The position numbers were made by a program, and so were the translations under genes. From an uncultured bacterium (GTDB taxonomy: Bacteria; Zixibacteria; MSB-5A5; CAIYYT01): 64,000 bases of DNA. Under the pieces are notes generated by a model, which saw nothing but the letters and a program-made list of their open reading frames with translations, ran no database searches and was not told the origin of the DNA. Within the stretch, counting starts at the first letter, position 1. The number at the start of each line of letters is the position of its first letter. Shown here piece by piece: positions 40,300-50,032 of the stretch. The DNA lies in the NCBI GenBank assembly GCA_963726455.1, contig CAVSCK010000003.1:224001-288000 (forward strand). The letters run 5' to 3'.

Positions 40300-41332
40300 T
40301 TATTCCCCGGTTGCGCCCACGATCCTGTATGTCATTCGCTCGAAAATCTGCGCCTTGGCTTCCGCCGAAAATCGGTCGTCTGTTTCGGCCTGGTAAACCG
40401 CCAGCAGTGCCTTCACAAGCTCTTCCGGCGCATACCGTTCCGCCTGCTGCTGAAGATCCTTGAGGAAGTACGGATTCATCCCCATCATACCCGCCAAATC
40501 GCGATCGGCAATCTTGCCGGACAGCTTCCGGTACTTAAGCATCCGTTCGAACTGGCTGTAGATCGCCCAGAACAGCGGCACCTGCGCGCCCGAACCCGAA
40601 CTCTCCAGATAGCTCTTGATCGCCGCCAGTGAGTTTTCGAGTTTACGTAGTCCCAGTTGCTTGGCGGTCTCAAACTGCGAAAAGAAGTGGCTGTCGGACA
40701 GATACTCGCGGATATCATCCAGCGCTACTTTCTTCTTTCCCGCATGCACGATCGACAACTTCTCCACCTCGTTTTCGATATCGCCGCAATCCTTCCCCAC
40801 GATACGACAAAATTCCGTCACCGCATCGGCATCAATCGCAAACCCGCGCGCGCCGAAACGTGAACGCACGTATTCCGGCAGTGCTTCATCATAAAGATCT
40901 TTGATATCAACAACCGTGCAGCATTCATGCAGCGCCTTGGCGAAAGCCGTCCGGCCATCCAGCTTCTTCGCCACGCCAATAAACGTCACACTCGCATCCA
41001 GCGACTTCAACGCTTTCGGCAGAAATTGTTGTGACGGTTGCGGCAAACGCTCCAGTTCGGTCACAATCACGACCGTGTTTCCACCCAAAAGCGGTACTCC
41101 GAACAGTCGTTCCTCAAGTGCCGACGGGTTGGCCTTGTTGCCGCTCAGCGAGTAGCGGTTGTACGCCCGTTCACCCGCAGGCATCTTCAGCTTCACGACC
41201 TTTTCCGTCAGTAGAAAACGCTGGTAGTAGTTGTCCCCTAGCAGCAAATACGCCGGGTCGATCTTCCCCGTCTCGATTTGCCTCAACGCCTGAGCATAAC
41301 CCAACGGCTTTGGCCTGTACAGCTCTTGCCAT
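40300..41332 (-). CDS. holA: DNA polymerase III subunit delta (probable extra base near 41310)
   Basis: PAYLLLGDN, PLLGGNTVVIV, IENEVEKL and GMNPYFLK. ATG 41332 (MARAVQAK) sits 6 nt after a -10 box. The long upstream extension in the ORF track is repeat DNA. Confidence 0.85.
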
Positions 41333-41338
41333 ACCCCG

Positions 41339-41367
41339 ATGTTACCCATTTCAAGCACCTTTGTCAA
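41339..41367 (-). promoter_or_regulatory. Sigma-70-type promoter of holA, positioned for a leaderless transcript
   Basis: TTGACA-17-TAACAT-6-ATG. Confidence 0.65.
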
Positions 41368-41382
41368 CCGCAACAACAGTCC

Positions 41383-41634
41383 ATTCCACTTCTCCCCTCT
41401 ACCACCGGAAAACGAGCCGGGGGTGAGGGAGCGCGTCAATCCCCTCGTGCGCGGCAGTCGTCCTCGCCTGCCGCGACGTCCGACCACAACCTCAGTAGGA
41501 CGAAAATTCCTGTTTGTCATTTCGCTTCTCCCCTCGCCCATCGGGAGAGGGGCCGGGGGTGAGGGCGCACACCGACTACAAAAACAGATTTCGCTTCTCC
41601 CCTCGCCCATCGGGAGAGACGCCGGGGGTGAGGG
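41383..41634. repeat. Three copies of a GC-rich palindromic intergenic repeat
   Basis: atttcgcttctcccctcgcccatcgggagagRNgccgggggtgaggg at 41519 and 41588 (69-bp spacing), with a degenerate copy at 41383. Confidence 0.85.
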
Positions 41635-41648
41635 TGCGCACAAACCAC

Positions 41649-41678
41649 AAAAAAAGGCGAGACCTTCGTCTCGCCTTT
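41649..41678 (-). terminator. Rho-independent terminator after the RNase H-like gene
   Basis: Minus strand: ggcgagac-gaag-gtctcgcc followed by T7. Confidence 0.85.
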
Positions 41679-41701
41679 CCCTGGGGAGGATATATGTAGT
41701 G

Positions 41702-42082
41702 TCAGTCCGCTGTCACTTGATTCTGTGCCGGATTCTCTCGTTGCGGAATCCAGTTCAGTGAATAGGTAAACTTGTTCTTGAACAGCAGCGCCATATTGCG
41801 AAACGGCTGCAAATCCCGGGCGCAGTACATCTGGTTGTTGATCTGGTTCACCACCGTAAAACTGTCGCCGTATATCTCGATCGTGCGATCGCGAAAGACC
41901 TGCGGATTCAATTCGACGAACTCCAGCAGCGTCAACAGCGAGGCGTATTCACATTCAGCAGGCGTGCCGGAAAAACGGGTGCGAAAAAGAATGCCGGCGT
42001 CCGGAATCGAGAACGACAGCACTGCATTGTGATGACCATCGGCGCGCTTGTCCATTACTCTTGTGTAGAAGTAGCATTCCAT
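41702..42082 (-). CDS. RNase HI-fold protein with degenerate active site
   Basis: ECEYASLL, IEIYGDSFTVVNQIN and WIPQREN match the RNase HI pattern; the first Asp motif reads YFYTRVM and the last reads NPAQ. GGAGG RBS. Confidence 0.75.
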   Translation of the reverse strand: MECYFYTRVMDKRADGHHNAVLSFSIPDAGILFRTRFSGTPAECEYASLLTLLEFVELNPQVFRDRTIEIYGDSFTVVNQINNQMYCARDLQPFRNMALLFKNKFTYSLNWIPQRENPAQNQVTAD

Positions 42083-42115
42083 CTCAGTCCTCCGTATCTT
42101 GCCGCCTATTCAACC

Positions 42116-42131
42116 AGCAAAGTCTGTGCCG
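42116..42131 (-). promoter_or_regulatory. Sigma-54 (-24/-12) promoter
   Basis: CGGCACAGACTTTGCT: GG-N10-GC in the GGCAC/TTGC context, about 35 nt upstream of the ATG. Confidence 0.7.
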
Positions 42132-42323
42132 CCGAAAGTGATTGCACCGCAAGCATACCGAAACTGCACTGCTTTTGCGCCTCGCCCGCTAACACGTTAT
42201 CGCTGTGGATATTATCTGTTCCGTTGCGAAACAGAGGAAATACGGCGCAATTGCGCAAGTTCTCGACATCAAAATGCCGATGCAACGCGCTTCACAATTT
42301 TTGCAGTGAGGAAGATTTTTTTG

Positions 42324-43484
42324 TCAGAGGGCGTCATGTCCGAATATGCGGCGATATTCCAGCAACGCAAACCTGTCCGTCATTCCAGCGACATAATCTT
42401 TGACTACCTGCTTCGGCGGCTCGCTCTCGCAGCGTCGGCGATATTTCTCTTTCAGGAGTGAGAGGTCCCTGAGATACGCCTCAAACAGATCGGAAATCAC
42501 TCTGCGCGCCAGTGCATTCGATTCCATCAGCGTCGGATGACGATAAAACCGCTCGAACAGGAACTTCTTCAGTTCGCGATTGCCCGCTTCGACTTCGTCC
42601 GAAAACTTCACGACGTTATCGTGCTGGTTTACGACATCATCGTAACAACCGATTCCCAGTTGGGAAATCCTGGCCGCCGTGTTGTAAATCAAATCGGACA
42701 CCGTCCAGTCGATGAGCAGCCGAATAAGATGATAGTGTCGCTTGCGGGGTGACAGATCGGCAAATTGCTGCTTCGACTTCTCGTATAATTGTCGCAACAT
42801 CGGCACCTGCATCAGATCGTCCACCGTCAGTATCCCCGAAAAGAAACCGTCGTCGACATCGTGCGCATTGTACGCGATTTCGTCGGCCAGATTGACCAAT
42901 TGTCCTTCCAGCGAGGCGCGCAAGTGCGGATCGAAACTCGACTCGACCGGCAGGTCGTAGTCGGTCTCATGCTTGACAATTCCTTCTCGCGTTTCGTACG
43001 TCAAATTCAATCCGGCAAAATGCGGATAGCGATCTTCCAGCAGATCGACCACCCGCAGCGATTGTGCGTTGTGATTAAAGCCCCCGTCATCTTTGAGTAT
43101 TTCTTGCAGTGCCTCTTCGCCGGCATGCCCGAACGGCGGATGCCCGAGATCATGCACCAATGCGATCGCCTCTGCCAGGTCTTCATTTAGGCGCAGCGTC
43201 TTGGCAATCGTGCGCGAAATCTGCGCCACTTCCATCGTATGCGTCAGCCGCGTGCGGAAATGATCGTCGTCGGGCGCAGCAAAGACCTGCGTTTTGTGCT
43301 TAAGTCGGCGAAATGCCGCCGAGTGGATGATGCGGTCGCGGTCTCGTTGAAAGCGGGTGCGATAGGGATGCTCCGGCTCGGGAAATAGACGTCCGCGCGA
43401 TCGCAGACTGAGCACGGCATACGGCGCCAGATATTCGGCTTCGTGGGCTTCCAGCATCTCCCGAGTCGTCATGATCGCATTCAT
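42324..43484 (-). CDS. dgt: dGTP triphosphohydrolase
   Basis: FQRDRDRIIHS, KTQVF, RTRLTH, HDLGHPPFGHAGE, ADEIAY..HDVDD and DYVAGMTD. Confidence 0.95.
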   Translation of the reverse strand: MNAIMTTREMLEAHEAEYLAPYAVLSLRSRGRLFPEPEHPYRTRFQRDRDRIIHSAAFRRLKHKTQVFAAPDDDHFRTRLTHTMEVAQISRTIAKTLRLNEDLAEAIALVHDLGHPPFGHAGEEALQEILKDDGGFNHNAQSLRVVDLLEDRYPHFAGLNLTYETREGIVKHETDYDLPVESSFDPHLRASLEGQLVNLADEIAYNAHDVDDGFFSGILTVDDLMQVPMLRQLYEKSKQQFADLSPRKRHYHLIRLLIDWTVSDLIYNTAARISQLGIGCYDDVVNQHDNVVKFSDEVEAGNRELKKFLFERFYRHPTLMESNALARRVISDLFEAYLRDLSLLKEKYRRRCESEPPKQVVKDYVAGMTDRFALLEYRRIFGHDAL

Positions 43485-44306
43485 CTATCGTGCATACCTC
43501 AGTCCAAACCTATGAGTTCCTCCCAAATATACATTATCGCGAAAACCATAATCAATTGTCAAACGTCCCACGCCAATCGAAAATCCGCCGCTTATCTCGG
43601 TCGGTTCGGTCGCGATCCCAAATCGCAACGCCAACCTGCGATGCAGATCAATCTCCTGTCCCAGCGCAAACCTGCCGCGCACGTGCTCCTCGAATCGTTG
43701 TAGCACATGACACGAAAACTTCTCCGAGAAGATGTACGATATCCCGCCCTCGCCGATCAGCGGCAGTCTGTTTGTAGCAGACCCATAACGCGGGCGATTA
43801 ACATTCCGTACCGCCAAACCAATCGCCACCTTGCTGCCAACTTCCCACCTGGTTCCGAGATTGAACGCCGTGGAAGTGAGACTTCGGTATCCGCCTCCGT
43901 ACGCAATTCGCATATAGTTGATGCTAACGCCGGCACGCAGTCCGTGATGCAGCGCCAGTGAACCCGCCAGCAAGTAGCTATGCTCGGAATAATAATCTGC
44001 TCCACCCAACTGTGTCACGCCCGCTGTCACTCCCAGTGCGCGATAGCCCCAGCTTCCGGCCCCTGATGCCAATTCAAAATCCGGCATGTTATAGAGCCGC
44101 GACCATGACAGGTCGGCGCTCGCCTTGAACCCCGGCTGAAACGCCGGATTCGCATAGGCGTCCAGCGACGACGATTGAAACAGATTCACACAACCCGACA
44201 TCGCAAACTGCCGGACCGATCCAACCGGATACTCAAACGCGGCATCAACTCTCCCGTTCGCAAGCATAAAAATCACTGACAGTGCGACTGCGATTCTACT
44301 TCTCAT
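43485..44306 (-). CDS. Small outer-membrane beta-barrel, PorP/SprF- or PorV-like
   Basis: Signal peptide, RQFAMSG...YANPA N-terminal motif, amphipathic strands and C-terminal LGGTHRFGLRY. Confidence 0.7.
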   Translation of the reverse strand: MRSRIAVALSVIFMLANGRVDAAFEYPVGSVRQFAMSGCVNLFQSSSLDAYANPAFQPGFKASADLSWSRLYNMPDFELASGAGSWGYRALGVTAGVTQLGGADYYSEHSYLLAGSLALHHGLRAGVSINYMRIAYGGGYRSLTSTAFNLGTRWEVGSKVAIGLAVRNVNRPRYGSATNRLPLIGEGGISYIFSEKFSCHVLQRFEEHVRGRFALGQEIDLHRRLALRFGIATEPTEISGGFSIGVGRLTIDYGFRDNVYLGGTHRFGLRYAR

Positions 44307-46794
44307 CTGCCACCGCGAATCCAAACTTCTTGCTATATATGCCGTCCCGGCTCTCCACCTTCAGGATATATGCACCCGGCGGCAGAGTTCCATAGTGCTC
44401 CGATCTGCCGTCGTATTCGCAAACACCGCTCGACATCGGTTGCGAACCGGCAATCGTGCAGTGCTTTCTTCCCGCCAAATCAAACACCTCGATCGTGAAC
44501 GCGGTCGCCGGCGGACAACTCACACGAATAGTCAGCCGTTCACTCAACCGCGGAGAAAACACCCGATTTGTCAGACGCACATCAATTCCCTCAACGATGT
44601 CAGAGCTGACTGAGTTCGCCGCGCACGGCGTGGCGCATGTACCCGCCGTCGAGACATACCATTTTCGTCCCGCCGAGATGTCTCGTTCATTCAATTCCAG
44701 CGAACGATTGCCATCCCCGGTGGTCGCATATATCAGGCTGTCGGATATTACGCCATTGTCATCCTTGAAAACTATTGCGTCGCCCGTGTTGTTCAAAGTC
44801 GCCCAGGTCGCCGGCTGCAACACCGTGCAATCGCCGACATAGTACCGCCGAAACGCAGCCGAATCCTGTGCCGCTACGAAATACTGTCCCGGCATGACTT
44901 CAACATCTTCGCCGAAGGCATACTGATGCACCGAGTCCCCCACCGTCCAATTCTGCAAATTGATGCTTCTGCCCGACACATTCTTCGCCTCAATCCATTC
45001 CGTCTCCAGCGCGCCCTCGGGATTCGCGAGAAATTCCGTGATTATCACTTCTCCGGTCAACGGCCCGACCGAGAACTTCGCATAGACTGTATCATTCGCG
45101 TTGTTCTCGTCGCGCTGCAGCACGATAATCGCTGCATGCTGCCCCGCTTCGAACGCTTCCTCACATTGTACGACTAGCGAATCACCTGCCGCCAGCGGCT
45201 CGATCCGTCTCGCATACAACAACCCTTCATCCTCGGCGAGACTGTCAAAATCCCGATCGTCATATATGCTCAATAGAGATAGCAGCGACGGCAAATAACC
45301 AAAGTTCCTGATAACGATCTCAAAACTCACGGGCGTGAGATTGTCGTACGCCACCACCTGGACTTCTGCCTGCGTAATTCCCAGATCATTTTCCGGCGGC
45401 AGATCACGCATACTGTTCTCGCGGCACGGCGTGGCGCCAAGACTGTCGGTACACTGATAGAAAACTGTCACAAATGACCCACTCAACGAATCCTCATCTC
45501 GCTCCCAACTGAATCCCGGCTGCGGGCTGCCGACAAATTGCACGCTATCCGACAACGCTCCCAGATCGTTCTCGACGACAACCACATCTCCGGCATTATC
45601 CAGCCGCTGCCACCCCTCCGGCTGCACCATTCGGCATTCAACAGCTCCAAAGAAGTTCAGGAACGAATTTGTATCCTCGCACACAATTGCCCGTTCACCC
45701 GGCGCGATTATCACCTCCGAGTCGATTGCATATCGACGCGTCACGTCCCCGACTGCGAAACCTTTCAGACTTACCGAGTATTCAGCAACGTTCTTCAACT
45801 CCATCCATTCGCAATCCAATTGATCCGTCGGATTCGGCACGAACTCATTCACCACCAGTTCCCGAAACAACCGCCCGAACGCAAAATTCAGGATGAGCGA
45901 ATTGTCGGTTGAATCCGCATCCGCCGGAAGCTCTATTACCATCCGCTTACGGCCCGGCGCTTCCGCGAATTCATGGCTCAAAGTTACGATTGAATCAGGC
46001 GCCAACTCGGGCATCGAGATTGAATCCAGCCCGTCGCCCTCCGTCAACGTTCCCGAAAAATCACGGTCAAAGTAAACCCGTACATATCCCGGCTCTGATA
46101 TGGCGAGGCCATGATTGTACACGCCAATCGTCAACACAATCAGCTGTGTTGTGTCCGTGGGAACGGTCACACCTGAACTCGACGTCACGATTCCCAGATC
46201 ATGCTCCGGCGGCAGCAGCGAATTCACCGCGCCCGGCGTCGACCCCGATACCGCCTTGCAGATTCCGAAATTCTCAGTCGCAGGTTTGTTTGGATTTATC
46301 CGCTCATAACTGACGCCATCCGGTTGCGACGATGCCCAAATCGCCGTCTCGCTTGCGCCACTCTCCGTTTCGACCAGCTTTACCGTATCACAGGTATTTC
46401 GCAGCGACATCTTCGCCGCCACAAGCAGATAGCTCTCGCCCGGGTCATCCCCCCAGATACCCGAGCCATTCCCCCACTTAGTTTCGAACGAAACCACTCC
46501 AACACTTGCCGTCGCTTTCCTCGCCAGCACCACAAATCCGCCAGCGGGAATAATCACACTCCCGGCAAACCGTGTGGTATCTCCCCCTTCGATGAATATG
46601 TACTTTGTCAGATCGCGATCGGCGCCGCCGATATTATGAAGCTCAACCCACTCTAGCGACGTCTCCGAGCCCGGTTCGTTGGCCATGACTTCATTTATGA
46701 TAACAGCGCCACTCACAGACGCACGGAAACCGGTCGCCAGACAGACCACCCACAGGCCTAAATAAAAGAGATATTTGAATCTATTCGCCGCCAC
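44296..46794 (-). CDS. Secreted protein with 3 lamin-tail domains, 2 CARDB-like domains and a T9SS-like C-terminal domain
   Basis: Three I(N/T)E(V/F)..N(P)...EW.E..N repeats; HDLGI/NDLGI...D.N segments; C-terminal VFSP...IEVFDLAGRK...YDGR...LPPGAYILKV. GTG start inferred. Confidence 0.85.
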   Translation of the reverse strand: MAANRFKYLFYLGLWVVCLATGFRASVSGAVIINEVMANEPGSETSLEWVELHNIGGADRDLTKYIFIEGGDTTRFAGSVIIPAGGFVVLARKATASVGVVSFETKWGNGSGIWGDDPGESYLLVAAKMSLRNTCDTVKLVETESGASETAIWASSQPDGVSYERINPNKPATENFGICKAVSGSTPGAVNSLLPPEHDLGIVTSSSGVTVPTDTTQLIVLTIGVYNHGLAISEPGYVRVYFDRDFSGTLTEGDGLDSISMPELAPDSIVTLSHEFAEAPGRKRMVIELPADADSTDNSLILNFAFGRLFRELVVNEFVPNPTDQLDCEWMELKNVAEYSVSLKGFAVGDVTRRYAIDSEVIIAPGERAIVCEDTNSFLNFFGAVECRMVQPEGWQRLDNAGDVVVVENDLGALSDSVQFVGSPQPGFSWERDEDSLSGSFVTVFYQCTDSLGATPCRENSMRDLPPENDLGITQAEVQVVAYDNLTPVSFEIVIRNFGYLPSLLSLLSIYDDRDFDSLAEDEGLLYARRIEPLAAGDSLVVQCEEAFEAGQHAAIIVLQRDENNANDTVYAKFSVGPLTGEVIITEFLANPEGALETEWIEAKNVSGRSINLQNWTVGDSVHQYAFGEDVEVMPGQYFVAAQDSAAFRRYYVGDCTVLQPATWATLNNTGDAIVFKDDNGVISDSLIYATTGDGNRSLELNERDISAGRKWYVSTAGTCATPCAANSVSSDIVEGIDVRLTNRVFSPRLSERLTIRVSCPPATAFTIEVFDLAGRKHCTIAGSQPMSSGVCEYDGRSEHYGTLPPGAYILKVESRDGIYSKKFGFAVADEK

Positions 46795-46803
46795 CTTGAC
46801 GAC

Positions 46804-46832
46804 AATATATCCTCCCGCCCTTTGGAAGTCAA
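46804..46832 (-). promoter_or_regulatory. Sigma-70-type promoter of the lamin-tail gene operon
   Basis: TTGACT-17-TATATT, 9 nt before the GTG. Confidence 0.6.
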
Positions 46833-46870
46833 TACTATTAAGAGAGCAAACTGTGGATAATTTTGCGGAC

Positions 46871-46905
46871 AAAAAAAGGAGGGCCGAAGCGTTAACTTCA
46901 GCCCT
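46871..46905 (-). terminator. Rho-independent terminator
   Basis: Minus strand: agggctgaag-ttaacg-cttcggccct-cc followed by T7. Confidence 0.8.
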
Positions 46906-46940
46906 GTCCCTCCTCTTTTGAACCCCACCCTTTTATCTGT
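46871..46940 (-). ncRNA. Candidate ~70-nt purine-rich small RNA
   Basis: Lies between a sigma-28-like promoter and an intrinsic terminator and contains no start codon; inference only. Confidence 0.35.
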
Positions 46941-46946
46941 TGTTTT

Positions 46947-46973
46947 ATATCGGCATCCTGTTTCAGATTATTA
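46947..46973 (-). promoter_or_regulatory. Sigma-28 (FliA/WhiG)-like promoter
   Basis: TAAT-N15-GCCGATAT versus consensus TAAA-N15-GCCGATAA. Confidence 0.5.
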
Positions 46974-47014
46974 CACCCCTTCCTCAATTCGTACTGAACA
47001 TGAAACTGAACAAA

Positions 47015-48607
47015 TTAAGTGGCGAAATCGCAGTACACGCGCGCTTCCCAGCCGCTAAGCCGCTGCTGGTCCAGCAGATATCGCATCTGCCCCTTTATCC
47101 ACAACGAAAACGCCTTGCTACGGGTCAACTTCTGTCCCACCGCCAAATGCAGATACTCTCCCTTCGCTACACTGGCATCGGGATCATAGTATTTGACCGT
47201 CATCGTCGCCGCCAAGTCGCGAACCATTCTGAAAATCACATCGCCGGAAGCGCTCGCAGGATACGTCATTTTGCCCGCTCTCATCCTCCGCTCCGTCTTG
47301 ACAGTTGTCTCCCACTCGATTGTTCCCCGTCGCGGACCTCCCGCGGAAATCGTCAACAGTCGCCGATTATCTGTGACCTGCCCAAGGTTGAAATCCTCCC
47401 AGATCGTTCGTACCGCTATATTCAGATCCGTGCGCAGAACATGCTCGAATGCCAGATTCATACGCGCCGCCACACATTGCCGACCATCAATCCGGTTGCT
47501 CCAGCGTACCAGATCAAGCCCCGCATCTACCGACGGATTCACCTTAACCCGCGTCAGCGACAGAACACCTGCCCTTCCTGATCGCTTCTCCGAATACACA
47601 AATCCCGTCTCCGCAATTGTGTCCGATTCGTAATTCGAGTAGGCATACCCTCCCGACTGCAAATTGTGATAATCCCGCCCATAGCTGAACGCCGTAAACT
47701 CCTGGCTGACTCTTTCCTGAATTATCCCCAGAGTATATACGTGTGCCGCCGCGGACGATATCCCGAACGACGATTCGCCCGACAGCGTGACATCTTTCAA
47801 CACCGCATTGAAATAGGGCGCCACGTAATCCTGCCGCGATCGGGCACCGGCTTTTCGCTCAAGCTGCTGCCTCAAAAATACTATCCCCGCCGATCGCTTT
47901 TGCCCACCCGTTTCCAGATATGTTCCCAGCGTCGACTTTCCGTATTCGGCGCCCGCCACCTTTGACGCCATCACCCCAGCGCGTGCCCTGCCGAAATCCT
48001 GCTTGATCAGAATTCCGTTGTGACGATTCTTGATCGGCAGCCAGAAACTCCCCGCGAAATCTCCGTCTTCGTGTAGCTCCGTATGATAAGACGACGCTCC
48101 CTGTGTCACTCCCTGCCCAACTCGCAAATCGTAACTCCCGATCGCGATCTCACTCCCCGATCCGCGATATCTCAATGATCGCGAACGCAGCAGCGGTTGC
48201 CCGCTGCTACGCGACTCCAGCGCCACATCAAACCGCCAGCGATTCCACGTAACCGTCATGCGGTCATAACGCACGAACGGACTCGCCTCTTCCAGTCTCT
48301 GTGTCAGCGAACCGCGATAACTCGCATGCGGCCCCATATCCGCCTGTCGAGCAGCCGCCGTCGTATCCGATGATTTCAGTTTGATTGCCTGCCGAACCTC
48401 GACATCATCAAACGGCGACCCCAGAAACTTCTCCAGCAGCAACAGATAATCGTCGTACGAAATTTCCCCTGCTTCCAGCGCCTGGTCAAGCTGATCCAGC
48501 GTCGTGTAGGTTTGGTCGGGAAAGAATTCCAGCGAATCGACGTCTGTCTGTCCGGCAACCGCTGCCGTCAGAGCCAGAAAAGCAATTACTGTCGCCGCTA
48601 GTTTCAG
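47015..48607 (-). CDS. Large outer-membrane beta-barrel related to FCB helix-hairpin-helix barrel proteins
   Basis: Frame is open upstream of the ORF-track start to a CTG at 48607, giving the signal peptide KLAATVIAFLALTAAVAG. IGSYDLRVGQGV and YGRDYHNL motifs; amphipathic strands to the C-terminus. Confidence 0.65.
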   Translation of the reverse strand: MKLAATVIAFLALTAAVAGQTDVDSLEFFPDQTYTTLDQLDQALEAGEISYDDYLLLLEKFLGSPFDDVEVRQAIKLKSSDTTAAARQADMGPHASYRGSLTQRLEEASPFVRYDRMTVTWNRWRFDVALESRSSGQPLLRSRSLRYRGSGSEIAIGSYDLRVGQGVTQGASSYHTELHEDGDFAGSFWLPIKNRHNGILIKQDFGRARAGVMASKVAGAEYGKSTLGTYLETGGQKRSAGIVFLRQQLERKAGARSRQDYVAPYFNAVLKDVTLSGESSFGISSAAAHVYTLGIIQERVSQEFTAFSYGRDYHNLQSGGYAYSNYESDTIAETGFVYSEKRSGRAGVLSLTRVKVNPSVDAGLDLVRWSNRIDGRQCVAARMNLAFEHVLRTDLNIAVRTIWEDFNLGQVTDNRRLLTISAGGPRRGTIEWETTVKTERRMRAGKMTYPASASGDVIFRMVRDLAATMTVKYYDPDASVAKGEYLHLAVGQKLTRSKAFSLWIKGQMRYLLDQQRLSGWEARVYCDFAT

Positions 48608-50032
48608 TCGGTAAGATTGTACTTTTTCAATTTGCGATATAATGTCCGCTCCCCAATTCCCAGCATCGTTGCTGCCTTCTTGCGATTGCCCCCGACACGC
48701 GTCAGTGTCTCGCGTATCAACTTTTCTTCCATATCCTCCAGATCACCCGCCGCCGACAGGGCGCTGACTTCCTGCCGTTCTGTCACCTCCCCGAAATATT
48801 TCTTAATCACCCGCTTCATGTCAATCACTTCATTCGCCAAATTCAGAAGCGCCTGGTAGATCAGCCGGTAGCCCGACTCCTCGGCACGAACATTGGTCAC
48901 GACCGGCAGCGTCCGATCCGTCTCGCCATGTTTGTCCAGCAGTCCAACCACCGTCTCACGGCTTACTTCGCCTCTCGGCTCCGTAATCAATAGTCGCTGC
49001 AGAAAATTCGTCAACTCTCTGACATTTCCCGGCCAGCCATATCGCAACAGCAGCTCCGTGGCGTCCGGACTGAATCCAATCCCTTTGCCATGTCGCCCCA
49101 GAAAATGCGCCACCAGCGCCAGAATGTCCTCCGGTCGTTCTGCCAGCCGAATCAACTCTATTCGGATCACTCCGATTCGGTAATACAGGTCGGCGCGGAA
49201 ATTGCCGCTATCGACCTCGTTCTGCAGATCGCGATTGGTCGCCGCCACAATCCGCACATCGACATGGACCGTCTTCCGCCCCCCCACAGGAATAAATGAT
49301 TTGGTGTCAATCGCCCGCAGCAGTTTCGCCTGCAGTCTCGGATGCATCTCGCCAATCTCGTCCAGGAACAACGTCCCCTTATGCGCTTGCTGCAACAGGC
49401 CCGGCTGCTTGCTGTCAGCCCCCGTAAATGCGCCCTTCTCATAGCCGAACAGCTCGGATTCCAACAGCGTTTCCGGAATCGACGCGCAATTGATCGACAC
49501 AAACTCATTCTCGCGCCTTGGGGAATTCTCATGCAGTGCCCGTGCAATCAGCTCTTTGCCCGTTCCCGATGGTCCGCTCACCAGCACCGAAATATCGGTC
49601 GCCGCGACCTGTCGAACTCTCACGGCAGCGTCACGCAGATCTTGTGAGTGTCCGACAATGCCTGCCCGATCCATCAGATCGCGCAAAGCAACCGCATCGC
49701 GAATACTCTCCTCGATTTCGTTCAATGGCAGACTCGCATCGAGATAACGATCGATCGTCACTTCGGGAATCGTGCGCAACAAAGTCAACAGGAAGACATC
49801 CGTCTCCGGCGCCAGTCGATTAAGCTTCTTCAGGAACGGCACTGCGTCCGACTCATGGCTTTCGAAATCGAGCAGCACATACTTGAATGGCCGTTTCGTC
49901 AGAATTCGTAGCGCATCACTCAGATGCCTCACTGGTCTCGATTCGCAAATTTGCCGGCTGCGAAAAGGCGGTGACGAGCTGTTCGAGCAGCTTGCTACCT
50001 TTGACAATCAGCATCCTGCGCTCGGTGATCAT
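48604..50032 (-). CDS. Sigma-54-dependent transcriptional activator (receiver-like, AAA+, Fis HTH; frameshift near 49930)
   Basis: GPSGTGKE, ESELFG, GAFTGA, LFLDEIGE, WPGNVREL and GIGERTLYRKL. ATG 50032 overlaps the rnr stop. Confidence 0.93.

Noticed and set aside
41519-41634. Repeats at 69-bp spacing as a CRISPR array
   Set aside because: Only two good copies of a ~47-bp GC-rich palindrome typical of intergenic repeats; no cas genes.
41333-41643. Long N-terminal extension of HolA in the ORF track
   Set aside because: It is translated repeat and promoter DNA upstream of the likely start.
42324-43484. dGTPase as an antiphage defence gene
   Set aside because: Size and motifs fit the ordinary short housekeeping Dgt, and the context is not a defence island.
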